Source of the DNA: Thermodesulfobacteriota bacterium
GTDB lineage: Bacteria > Desulfobacterota > Desulfobulbia > Desulfobulbales > SURF-16
Length of the DNA stretch: 39,493 nt
Direction: 5' to 3'
Assembly: GCA_040755455.1 (NCBI GenBank)
Contig: JBFMAY010000013.1
Coordinates: 1-39,493 of the forward strand
Numbering within the stretch: the first letter of the stretch is position 1; each line of letters begins with the position of its first letter. Both the position numbers and the translations under genes were made by a program. Positions 1 through 7,302 of the stretch are shown piece after piece. A model generated the notes under the pieces. The model had not been told where the DNA came from, ran no database searches, and saw only the letters and a list, made by a program, of their open reading frames with translations.

Positions 1-220
1 AGACAAAAAGGCTCCTGTAGACATGGCCGGAGACTTTGGTTCGCAATTCCTTCATATTGGAAAACCGTGAACCTTTCACCTGATCAACATAGGGACGGCC
101 AAGTGATGGACCCATTTGGGCTAATACCTGAAGATCCGTAGCGATGGCTATTTTCTCCTTTTCAAGAAGGTGATCAAACCAGGCTTCATACGCATCAGTG
201 AAAATAATGGTCCATTCCAT
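1..220 (-). CDS. Type II TA toxin, RelE/HigB (Gp49-like) family; truncated by the window edge
   Basis: Hand translation from ATG 220: MEWTIIFTDAYEAWFDHLLEKEKIAIATDLQVLAQMGPSLGRPYVDQVKGSRFSNMKELRTKVSGHVYRSLFV... The GPxLGRPxVD..KGS...MKELR...YR motif is typical of Gp49/HigB-like toxins. Absent from the ORF track. Confidence 0.85.
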   Translation of the reverse strand, partial: MEWTIIFTDAYEAWFDHLLEKEKIAIATDLQVLAQMGPSLGRPYVDQVKGSRFSNMKELRTKVSGHVYRSLFV

Positions 221-226
221 GAATAA

Positions 227-255
227 AATATAACATATATACGATATTCAGGCAA
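227..255 (-). promoter_or_regulatory. Sigma-70 promoter of the toxin gene, overlapped by an imperfect palindrome (likely TA operator)
   Basis: Minus strand TTGCCT-17 nt-TATATT with extended TG; the -10 ends 6 nt before the ATG. AATAT-N12-ATATT palindrome at 227-248. Confidence 0.6.
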
Positions 256-602
256 GCCAGGAAACTACATCAAAGAAAAATCGGCTTCCTGACAAGATAA
301 AAAACTTCTTTTCAAACAATTCAGCGCACCCCGGAAAAATGGGACAATCGCATTCCGGGAAAATTCGGACATGTCATGCGTGAAGACTGCCAAGGGCAAG
401 GTCTCAATGGAATTCGTTTTACATGAGTTAAGCTACCATTCGAAGTCAAGCTGTCTCCTTAAGTGTTTGACCGCTAAGATAAATCACCCAGTCTGGCGTC
501 GGCCGGCGATGATGACAGCCGCATAGGTGCAGCTTTGGAGTAAAAAAGTCAAACGGCGGCTTGCCTCCTCCCTCTTGTGACCTTTGGTGGCTTGGGTCAG
601 GC

Positions 603-1061
603 CTAAGGCGGTCCAATTACTTTGCCCCATATGCCCTTTCCCCTGGCGCGGGCAATTTTTTCCAGTGTCTGGTATTCGAATGGGGCATCCGGCAGGGCAA
701 CGGCCCAGCCCTGCTGCAGCATCCAGGCGCTCAGATCCTCACCGTGCACCTTGCACAAGGCGACAATGCCGCCATCCTCCCTGTCCCACATTTTTTCGCA
801 ATCGACGAAAAAGGAACCGATCTTGAAATCAAGGGCCAGGATTGCCCTGGGGCCGCAGACAACGGGACTCTCGTAAGTGCGGCAGGTGCGGTCCGTTGGC
901 GGAATGTGGATGCCGTATAACCAGATTTTGTTGCGGTTCACCTCCAGGGAGCCATCTTCCAGCACATAAGCGTAACTGGAAAGATCCTTTGCCTGCAGCG
1001 GCGGCAGCAGGCAGGCCAGAAAAATTATCAGCAATCCTGCGGTGCGGGAAAAAGTTTGCAT
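603..1061 (-). CDS. Secreted thermonuclease (SNase)-fold protein, catalytic motifs degenerate
   Basis: Signal peptide (..LQA). LYGI, C..C pairs, DLSAWMLQQGWAVA and EKIARARGKGIW follow the SNase/ExoI-like pattern. Confidence 0.75.
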   Translation of the reverse strand: MQTFSRTAGLLIIFLACLLPPLQAKDLSSYAYVLEDGSLEVNRNKIWLYGIHIPPTDRTCRTYESPVVCGPRAILALDFKIGSFFVDCEKMWDREDGGIVALCKVHGEDLSAWMLQQGWAVALPDAPFEYQTLEKIARARGKGIWGKVIGPP

Positions 1062-1287
1062 TGGTTTTGCCCCCTTTGTCCGTCTCGGACTTGTGGTGCA
1101 TGAAAATTAATGTAACCCGATTGATTAAAGATAAGGAGTTGCAGCCGCTGGATCAATATGCAATGCAAAGTTTCCCCGGTGCCGGCAGCAACAAGGCTAT
1201 GACTATGCCCTGGGTAACGAACGGGTCGGGCAAAACGGGAGGAAAGAGCCCCGAAAGGGGCCGGGTCGCTGCTCTCCGGTTATAGCA

Positions 1288-2865
1288 TTACAGCACAAGC
1301 AGGTTGAGCAGCCCGATCAGGAAACCGAGCAGCCCGCCGAAGAGATTGATGTATTTGAACTGCTCCTGCATGATGCCCATGAGCAGTTTCTCCAGCCGCA
1401 GCAGATCCAGGGAATCGACCTTTTTGGTGACGATTTTTCTGATATTCAGGGAATTGACCAGACCGGGCACCTCCTTGATCATCAGCTCATTCACCTGCTG
1501 CATGATATATTCGGCAAAGGAGATCTGCACATCCCTGGGCAGCAGATCAGCCAGGGGGCCGATGGGTTTTTGCAACAGTTTTTTCTCAACCAGTTCCACC
1601 ACCAGATCGGTGAGCAGCTGTTTCACCTTGCTCGAACGGAGGATGCCGGTCACCTCGGCGGATGTCCATTGCCGGCTTTTGGGCAGGGCATCGGCGCCGA
1701 ACACGTCGCTGATGATCTCGGCCATGGGCCGCTCGGTCTGAACGGCAAAGGCGTCCCGCAGGAGGCCGGTGAGCGCGGCCGAGGTCCCCGGCTTGGCCAG
1801 CAGTTCGCCGACCTTGGCACTGAAATCCAGGTTCAGCTCACTTATTTTCTGGGGATCGACATTTTTCAGCAGCACGGCAAGGGGGGTGCGGAGAAATTCA
1901 TCGGCTTTGTCCCGCAGGGTTCTGGCCACTTCGCGCTGGACGGTTTCATCGGCCAGCCATTCGCCGATTTCGTCTCCTTTCGCATCAAGATAACCGTTGA
2001 CCTTATTGCGGATGGTCTCGGTGCTGATAAAGCTGGTCATCAGGCTGGCAATGGGTCCCAGGGAGCGGGTGAAGCTGCTGATGGCGCCGCAGATGGTGTC
2101 GGTGATTTTGGCCTGCATGGCCGGTTCCCGCAGCATGCGGGCAAATTTTTCCAGCAGTCCCGGCGCCTCCTGTTCCAGCCGGTCCATCATGAGGGCTGAC
2201 AGTTCCGGCGGGATGATATCGTGGATGGCGCGGTTCTCCCGCAGGACCGAGTCGATCCTCTGCTGCACCTGGCCGGCAACCCACTCCCTGACCACGGGAC
2301 TGGCCAGGAGGTCCTGCGCTGTATTGTCAAGAAAAGCGTAGAAATGTTCCCGGTTCTCCGGCGGAAAGGTGTCGCTGAGACTGTTGGCCAGCAGGGCGTT
2401 GAAGTGGCTGGTCACCGCCTTGTCAATGGTGGCGGCAAAGTCCTCGCTTTCCAGATAGGCGTGCATGTGGTTGATAAAGCGGAGGCGGAGGATCTTGACG
2501 CTGGCATGGAAGTAGGTGTGAAACCGTTGCGGGATGACGGTGGTGATGGGGCCCAGATCTTTTTTGAGCAGCTCGGTCATGCGGGCGTTGATCAGTTCCT
2601 GCAGGTCCTGCTGGAAGCGGCTGCCGGCGATTGCGCGGCTCACGTCACTGCCGGTCAGCAGATGTTCACCCACCATCTCGCCGATATTTTCGGCCAGCAG
2701 GTGTCTTTGGGCCGGGATGACTCCGGGGGTCATCGGCACCCTGAGGCCGAAAATTTTCCAGGGGTGCAGGGGGCGGAAGAGCATCTTGATGGCCACGTAG
2801 TTTGTCATGTAGCCGATGAATGCCCCCAGCAGCGGGGGCGCGCAATATTGCAGCAGGGTATTCAT
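1288..2865 (-). CDS. DUF445 (YheB-like) membrane protein
   Basis: N-terminal GAFIGYMTNYVAIKMLFRP..PMTPGVIP and C-terminal INLFGGLLGFLIGLL. Start placed at ATG 2865 because the longer ORF overlaps the upstream gene. Confidence 0.85.
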   Translation of the reverse strand: MNTLLQYCAPPLLGAFIGYMTNYVAIKMLFRPLHPWKIFGLRVPMTPGVIPAQRHLLAENIGEMVGEHLLTGSDVSRAIAGSRFQQDLQELINARMTELLKKDLGPITTVIPQRFHTYFHASVKILRLRFINHMHAYLESEDFAATIDKAVTSHFNALLANSLSDTFPPENREHFYAFLDNTAQDLLASPVVREWVAGQVQQRIDSVLRENRAIHDIIPPELSALMMDRLEQEAPGLLEKFARMLREPAMQAKITDTICGAISSFTRSLGPIASLMTSFISTETIRNKVNGYLDAKGDEIGEWLADETVQREVARTLRDKADEFLRTPLAVLLKNVDPQKISELNLDFSAKVGELLAKPGTSAALTGLLRDAFAVQTERPMAEIISDVFGADALPKSRQWTSAEVTGILRSSKVKQLLTDLVVELVEKKLLQKPIGPLADLLPRDVQISFAEYIMQQVNELMIKEVPGLVNSLNIRKIVTKKVDSLDLLRLEKLLMGIMQEQFKYINLFGGLLGFLIGLLNLLVL

Positions 2866-2867
2866 GT

Positions 2868-2895
2868 TGGTCTCACTGGTCTGACTAATAAGACC
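2868..2895. repeat. Short 9-mer repeat (TGGTCTCAC TGGTCTGAC ... AGACC) at a gene junction
   Basis: Same unit as the larger array at 11694-11776. Confidence 0.6.
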
Positions 2896-2899
2896 GCTT

Positions 2900-4588
2900 T
2901 CACGATTTAGCCATTTTCCCCAGGACTTCATCCACGGCAAGCGACTGCTTCATGGAGGATTTCAGAAAGTCCTCGGAGAGATATTGTTTGTTTTGCTCAA
3001 TGAAATCGCAGAGCCCCTGTATTCTGCCGTTTTCCGACATGTCAATGAGTTTGATGAGGTTCTCGGCGAAACTCCTGACGATTTTCCGGCCGTCGCCGCC
3101 TGTTGACATGATCTCGGCATAGGTGCGGGGATTCTGGCTGTGGATCCTGGCCATGGCCAGAATGCCGTACAAGGAGGTCAGGGTGGAGTGGCTGCCGATA
3201 TCATCCGTATTGATATTGTTTTCGGCCAGGGCCCGGGCCAGGGCCACGGAGACGGTGGTGGGCAGCTTCTGTCCCACGCCCATGAGCAGGTCGTGGCCGC
3301 TGGGGGTGTCATGGCAGATGCCGGCGCCGTGCTTGTAGAGAAAGGCCTCAAACTCGCCGCATAATGCGCCGCTGCGGGCGGTTCTGACCACCGAGGCGTT
3401 CTTGTCCTTCATGGTGGCGGCGGCCGGCCCCCAGAGATTATGCACCAGCATCAGTTCGACCCCCTCGCTGGTATGGGCCATGGCGGTATCAAGGGTTTTC
3501 TCCGCCTCGCCGGCCAGCAGGATCAGCGCCTGGCCGTCGTGGAGCAGCGGCCCGTACTGTTTGATGGTGTCCGGGGTATTGCTGATGGGAACGCAGATCA
3601 TCACCACGTCCACCTCGGGGATCATCTGTTCCGGGCGCAGGGGGGTGGAGCGGCCGGTGAGAAGCGTTTTATAGCCCTCGTGCTCAAGCTTGTCGGCAAA
3701 CCATTTGCTCATGTCGCCGGTGCCGATGAAGCCGAAGGTCTTGATGCGCTTGACCCGCATGTCCACCCGCGGGTAACTGCCGAGGATCTTGATGGAATCC
3801 TCCTCCTGGATGATGTGTTTTTCGATACTTTCCAGGGCCGCGGCGACAGCGGCGTCATCCCGGTGGCCCTCGGCCTCGATATAGAACTGCAGCTTCTGGG
3901 TCCGGGCATCCGATTCGGCCCGCATGTCGAGAATGTTGATGCCCCGGCGGGTGAACTCGCCCAGGGTGTCAAAGAGGATGCCCACCCGGTCTTTCAGGGG
4001 CACGGTGACGATGGATGTGGCGTCATAGCCGGTGCGGGCCGCCGGCTGGTGGCCCAGCACGGCAAAGCGGGTCTTGTTGTGGGGCAGTATTTCCCTTTCC
4101 CTGATGACCAGACCCTGATCGAGCAGCACCTCTTCCGCCTCGATCACGCCCCGGTCGGTCAGGATGTTCTCCCTGATTTCGCCGATGGCCATTTCAAGGT
4201 TCGGCACACTGAGCAAAGAGATATCGGGGCAGGCGCGGCCAAAATGGTCCTCGCACTGGCGCAGCACGGATTTGGTGCCGAGCAGGATTTTCAGCTTTTC
4301 CTCTTTTTCCAGCGAGCCCAGGGACAGGTGGATGGGCAGAACAATATTGTCAATCCAGAAGCTGTTGGTCATCTTTTCCATGATCTGGAACGAGCGGACG
4401 ATGCCGCCTATCCTGGTGTTATATACGGGCAGGAGCAGAAAATCCGCCTCCATCCTGCTGAAACCCTCGACCGCGGCATTGATGTGGAAATAGCTTCTGA
4501 TGTCGCTGTCGGGCGAGAATATGCAGGCCGCCTGCCAGGCATGGGAACCCCTGGGGCCGATAATTGCTATGGTGGTTTTTTTATTCAT
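2900..4588 (-). CDS. Prephenate dehydratase-ACT / prephenate dehydrogenase (TyrA) fusion
   Basis: GPRGSHAWQA start, NKTRFAV PDT motif and ACT domain (DRVGILFDTLGEFTRRGINI...LGSYP), then a Rossmann GFIGTGDM, VHNLWGP and HDLLMG TyrA-like half. Start at ATG 4588. Confidence 0.85.
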   Translation of the reverse strand: MNKKTTIAIIGPRGSHAWQAACIFSPDSDIRSYFHINAAVEGFSRMEADFLLLPVYNTRIGGIVRSFQIMEKMTNSFWIDNIVLPIHLSLGSLEKEEKLKILLGTKSVLRQCEDHFGRACPDISLLSVPNLEMAIGEIRENILTDRGVIEAEEVLLDQGLVIREREILPHNKTRFAVLGHQPAARTGYDATSIVTVPLKDRVGILFDTLGEFTRRGINILDMRAESDARTQKLQFYIEAEGHRDDAAVAAALESIEKHIIQEEDSIKILGSYPRVDMRVKRIKTFGFIGTGDMSKWFADKLEHEGYKTLLTGRSTPLRPEQMIPEVDVVMICVPISNTPDTIKQYGPLLHDGQALILLAGEAEKTLDTAMAHTSEGVELMLVHNLWGPAAATMKDKNASVVRTARSGALCGEFEAFLYKHGAGICHDTPSGHDLLMGVGQKLPTTVSVALARALAENNINTDDIGSHSTLTSLYGILAMARIHSQNPRTYAEIMSTGGDGRKIVRSFAENLIKLIDMSENGRIQGLCDFIEQNKQYLSEDFLKSSMKQSLAVDEVLGKMAKS

Positions 4589-4786
4589 GATATGATAGCA
4601 TGCTGATGTTAGGGATGTCCGGGCTTGGCCGTGCAATGGGCAACGAGTCCGCTGTAAAGCTTTTCATTTATCCTTTTTCTCTTTTCCTTTCAATGCTAAA
4701 TGTGGAGAAAGAGGGGAGAGGGCGAAAGATCCCGCGCCATGGATATCCATTTTCCCCCTGATAATCTTAGTTGAGAATTTGTTTTC

Positions 4787-6193
4787 ATGATGGATAAAAA
4801 ACGACTGCTTATCATTGAAGATGAAGTCTCGGTGGCCAAACAGCTGAAAACAGCCCTGGCCGAAGAGTATGACGTCTCCCTGGCCGCTGACCCGGTCGAA
4901 GCGGGCAATCTGCTGTCCACCGGGCGCTTCCCCATCGCCATTATGGATCTGGGGCTGCCGCCCTATCCCGATACCCCCCAGGTCGGCTTGGCCCTGCTTG
5001 AGGCGGTCCCGTCTTTTTGCCCGGACTCCAAGGTGATTGTCATCAGCGGCCATGACAGTGAAGATACGCTCATGGCGGCATTCAGTCTGGGGGCTGTGGA
5101 TGTCTGCGTCAAGCCGATCGACCTGAAGCTGCTCATCATTATTCTCTCCCGTACCTACAGAATCCACGAACTGGAAAAATGCAACAGGATTCTGCAGGAA
5201 AGAATCCCTTCCGGCCAGTTCTGCGACATGCTGGGCGTTTCCCAGGTAATGACCAGGGTTTTTGTCCTCATCGGCAAGGTGGCTTTGACGGATTACCCGG
5301 TTCTCATCCGGGGGCAGAGCGGCACCGGCAAGGAAATGGCCGCCCGGGCCGTTCATTTGCAGAGCAGCCGCAGCGGGCAGCCGCTGGTTATCATCAACTG
5401 TGGGGCCATTCCGGAAAACCTGCTGGAAAGCGAGCTGTTCGGCCATGAAAAAGGCGCCTTCACCGGGGCTGTCGACCGGCAGATCGGCAAATTCGAGCAG
5501 GCCGACAAAGGGACGATTTTTCTCGATGAGGTTGGCGAGCTGCCGTTGCATTTGCAGGTCAAGCTCCTGCGCTTTATTCAGGAAGGAACCATTGAACGGT
5601 TGGGGGCAAGCAGGCCGGTCCAGCTTGACGTCAGGATCATTGCCGCGACCAATATTGATCTGGAGGCTGCCGTACAGCAGGGCGCCTTCCGCTCCGATCT
5701 GTTCTTCCGGTTGAACGTGGTGCCCCTTGACTTGCCGCCCCTGCAGGAGAGGGAAGAGGATATTCTGCTGCTGGCCCAGCATTTCATCCGGGAGGAGGCG
5801 CAGAAGCTCAAACGGGGCAAGGTGATTTTAGCCCCGGCCGCGGTCACGGCCCTGACCGGACATTCCTGGCCGGGCAATGTCAGGGAGCTGCAGAACCGCA
5901 TCCGGCGGGCCATGAGTCTGACCTCCGGCAAGATGCTCAGTCCCGTTGATTTCGGTCTGGCGGAAGAGCTTAAAAATGACGGCGAAACCCTGCCCACCCT
6001 GCGGGAGGCCAGGGAGCTGGCGGAAAAGAAGGTGATTCGCCAGGCCCTGGCCCTGGCCAATAATAATATCAGTCAGGCCGCCCGGCTGCTTGAGATCAGC
6101 CGCCCCACCCTCCATGATCTGCTCAGGAAACATGGTTTTGACCGGGGGAACGGGGCGGCCGGTGTCGGAAAAATTTACATGGTGGCAGGCTGA
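4787..6193 (+). CDS. prsR: Sigma-54-dependent response regulator, PEP-CTERM-box regulator (PrsR-like)
   Basis: REC domain with DLGLPP(Y)PD typical of PrsR, AAA+ (GQSGTGKE, GAFTGA, WPGNVREL) and Fis HTH ending SRPTLHDLL. Adjacent to a PEP-CTERM gene. Confidence 0.8.
   Translation: MMDKKRLLIIEDEVSVAKQLKTALAEEYDVSLAADPVEAGNLLSTGRFPIAIMDLGLPPYPDTPQVGLALLEAVPSFCPDSKVIVISGHDSEDTLMAAFSLGAVDVCVKPIDLKLLIIILSRTYRIHELEKCNRILQERIPSGQFCDMLGVSQVMTRVFVLIGKVALTDYPVLIRGQSGTGKEMAARAVHLQSSRSGQPLVIINCGAIPENLLESELFGHEKGAFTGAVDRQIGKFEQADKGTIFLDEVGELPLHLQVKLLRFIQEGTIERLGASRPVQLDVRIIAATNIDLEAAVQQGAFRSDLFFRLNVVPLDLPPLQEREEDILLLAQHFIREEAQKLKRGKVILAPAAVTALTGHSWPGNVRELQNRIRRAMSLTSGKMLSPVDFGLAEELKNDGETLPTLREARELAEKKVIRQALALANNNISQAARLLEISRPTLHDLLRKHGFDRGNGAAGVGKIYMVAG
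6163..6179 (+). promoter_or_regulatory. PEP-CTERM-box-like motif TGTCGG-N5-TTTACA inside the 3' end of the prsR-like gene
   Basis: TGTCGGAAAAATTTACA; same 17-bp consensus as 7041-7057 and 7184-7200. Confidence 0.55.
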
Positions 6194-6287
6194 CGGGGCG
6201 GCCTGATAGGGGCCGCGCTTGCTCAAGAATCTCCGGCCGGGTGATCAACCGGGGTGTGGAGGAGATGACGAGCTGCCTGGTAAAAGA

Positions 6288-6896
6288 TCAGACCTTCCGC
6301 GGCATTCTGCCGCGGACCACGCCAAAGATCCCGGCCAGTCCGGTCCCCATGAGCAGCATGGTGGCTGGTTCGGGCACGGGAAAAATATCTCCGCCATTGT
6401 TGGTGATGGTGGCATGGACCATGGCGGTATCGCCGCATCCGAAAGAGACGCCGTTTTCAAAAAAGATTGACAGGACATTGCCGTCGCTTAAAGTGATGTC
6501 TGCCGGTTGGGTGTCCCAGTTCAGTATCCCGCCTGAGATTTTGCCGAAGAAAGTGCCGAAAAGTCCGCTGCCGCTGCCCGTACCGGAGATCTGCGGTGAA
6601 TCAAAGGCCAGCGTTGCCATGATGTTATAGGTGTCAATGCCGAAGCCGCCGGCGGTTAAGGTGAAAAAATTAATTTCTTTGGACTGATTATCGTCCAGGG
6701 TGAAATTGTAGCCATCGAGGCCGGCATATAAATTTGCAGTCAGGGTGGAGGAAAAACTTAAAAAACCGTTGGTTTCCGTAACTTTTACCAGTGAACCGGG
6801 AGCGCCGGCGACATCGAGAAAAACCGGGGTCGCCAGCGCACCGCTGGCGCAGGCCACAAGTCCTACAAGGGATAGGGTTGCAATAATCTTTTTCAT
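6288..6896 (-). CDS. PEP-CTERM sorting-domain protein
   Basis: Signal peptide (..ALA), Thr/Gly/Ser-rich body, C-terminal PVPEPATMLLMGTGLAGIFGVVRGR. RBS GGAGG upstream. Confidence 0.95.
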   Translation of the reverse strand: MKKIIATLSLVGLVACASGALATPVFLDVAGAPGSLVKVTETNGFLSFSSTLTANLYAGLDGYNFTLDDNQSKEINFFTLTAGGFGIDTYNIMATLAFDSPQISGTGSGSGLFGTFFGKISGGILNWDTQPADITLSDGNVLSIFFENGVSFGCGDTAMVHATITNNGGDIFPVPEPATMLLMGTGLAGIFGVVRGRMPRKV

Positions 6897-6960
6897 TTAC
6901 GTCCTCCGTTCGTTATTTATATTTATCTTGCAGCTCATCGATTTGTACGGCAGGAAACAA

Positions 6961-6976
6961 AGCACGATGCATGCCA
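6961..6976 (-). promoter_or_regulatory. Sigma-54 (-24/-12) promoter of the PEP-CTERM gene
   Basis: Minus strand TGGCATGCATCGTGCT (GG-N10-GC), about 65 bp downstream of a TGT-N11-ACA box. Confidence 0.75.
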
Positions 6977-7040
6977 TTGTTAGTAATGTGCCGGTTTTGC
7001 AGTGATTTTCAAATTTGTGTCGTCTGCTGGCAACAATGAG

Positions 7041-7057
7041 TGTAAAAAAAACCGACA
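7041..7057 (-). promoter_or_regulatory. PEP-CTERM box / bEBP enhancer
   Basis: TGTAAAAAAAACCGACA, which reads TGTCGG-N5-TTTACA on the minus strand. Confidence 0.75.
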
Positions 7058-7127
7058 TTGCTTTCTCTGCGCCGCGTATCCGCCGGAATATTTTTTATCG
7101 AGGAGCCGCCGGTCTTTAGATAAAAAA

Positions 7128-7143
7128 CGGCATGTGGTATGCT
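7128..7143 (+). promoter_or_regulatory. Possible second sigma-54 promoter facing the helicase gene
   Basis: CGGCATGTGGTATGCT (GG-N10-GC), 70 bp from the 7041 box. Confidence 0.45.
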
Positions 7144-7183
7144 GCTTGCCGGCGGCGCTGGTTGCGCAACAATCGCCATAATG

Positions 7184-7200
7184 TGTCGGATAATTTTACA
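7184..7200 (+). promoter_or_regulatory. PEP-CTERM box / bEBP enhancer (second intergenic copy, inverted)
   Basis: TGTCGGATAATTTTACA. Confidence 0.7.
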
Positions 7201-7302
7201 CCTGGCCTGCCGCCGGCGGTTAAACTATGGCTTATTCAAGCAGGCGGGGGGAAGCTGGGCCGGTGAGGTCAAGGAAACAAATTATGGTGCGTTTAGTCGA
7301 TC

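Noticed and set aside
1225..1285. GGGCAAAAC...GCCCCGAAAGGGGC as a cyclic-dinucleotide riboswitch
   Set aside because: Only a GNRA hairpin is present, the remaining consensus is missing, and no gene lies downstream on that strand; it is more likely a 3' stem of the DUF445 transcript.
3440..4606. Long antisense ORFs (also 4664-5782, 8281-9486, 12160-13116, 24514-25677, 26795-28042, 28323-29588, 32231-33199)
   Set aside because: These are shadow frames opposite well-supported genes in GC-rich DNA and carry no recognisable motifs.
6208..6223. GG-N10-GC (AGGGGCCGCGCTTGCT) as a sigma-54 promoter after the 6163 box
   Set aside because: The -24 element is poor (GGGG rather than GGCA), it is too close to the box, and it would only transcribe antisense to the PEP-CTERM gene.
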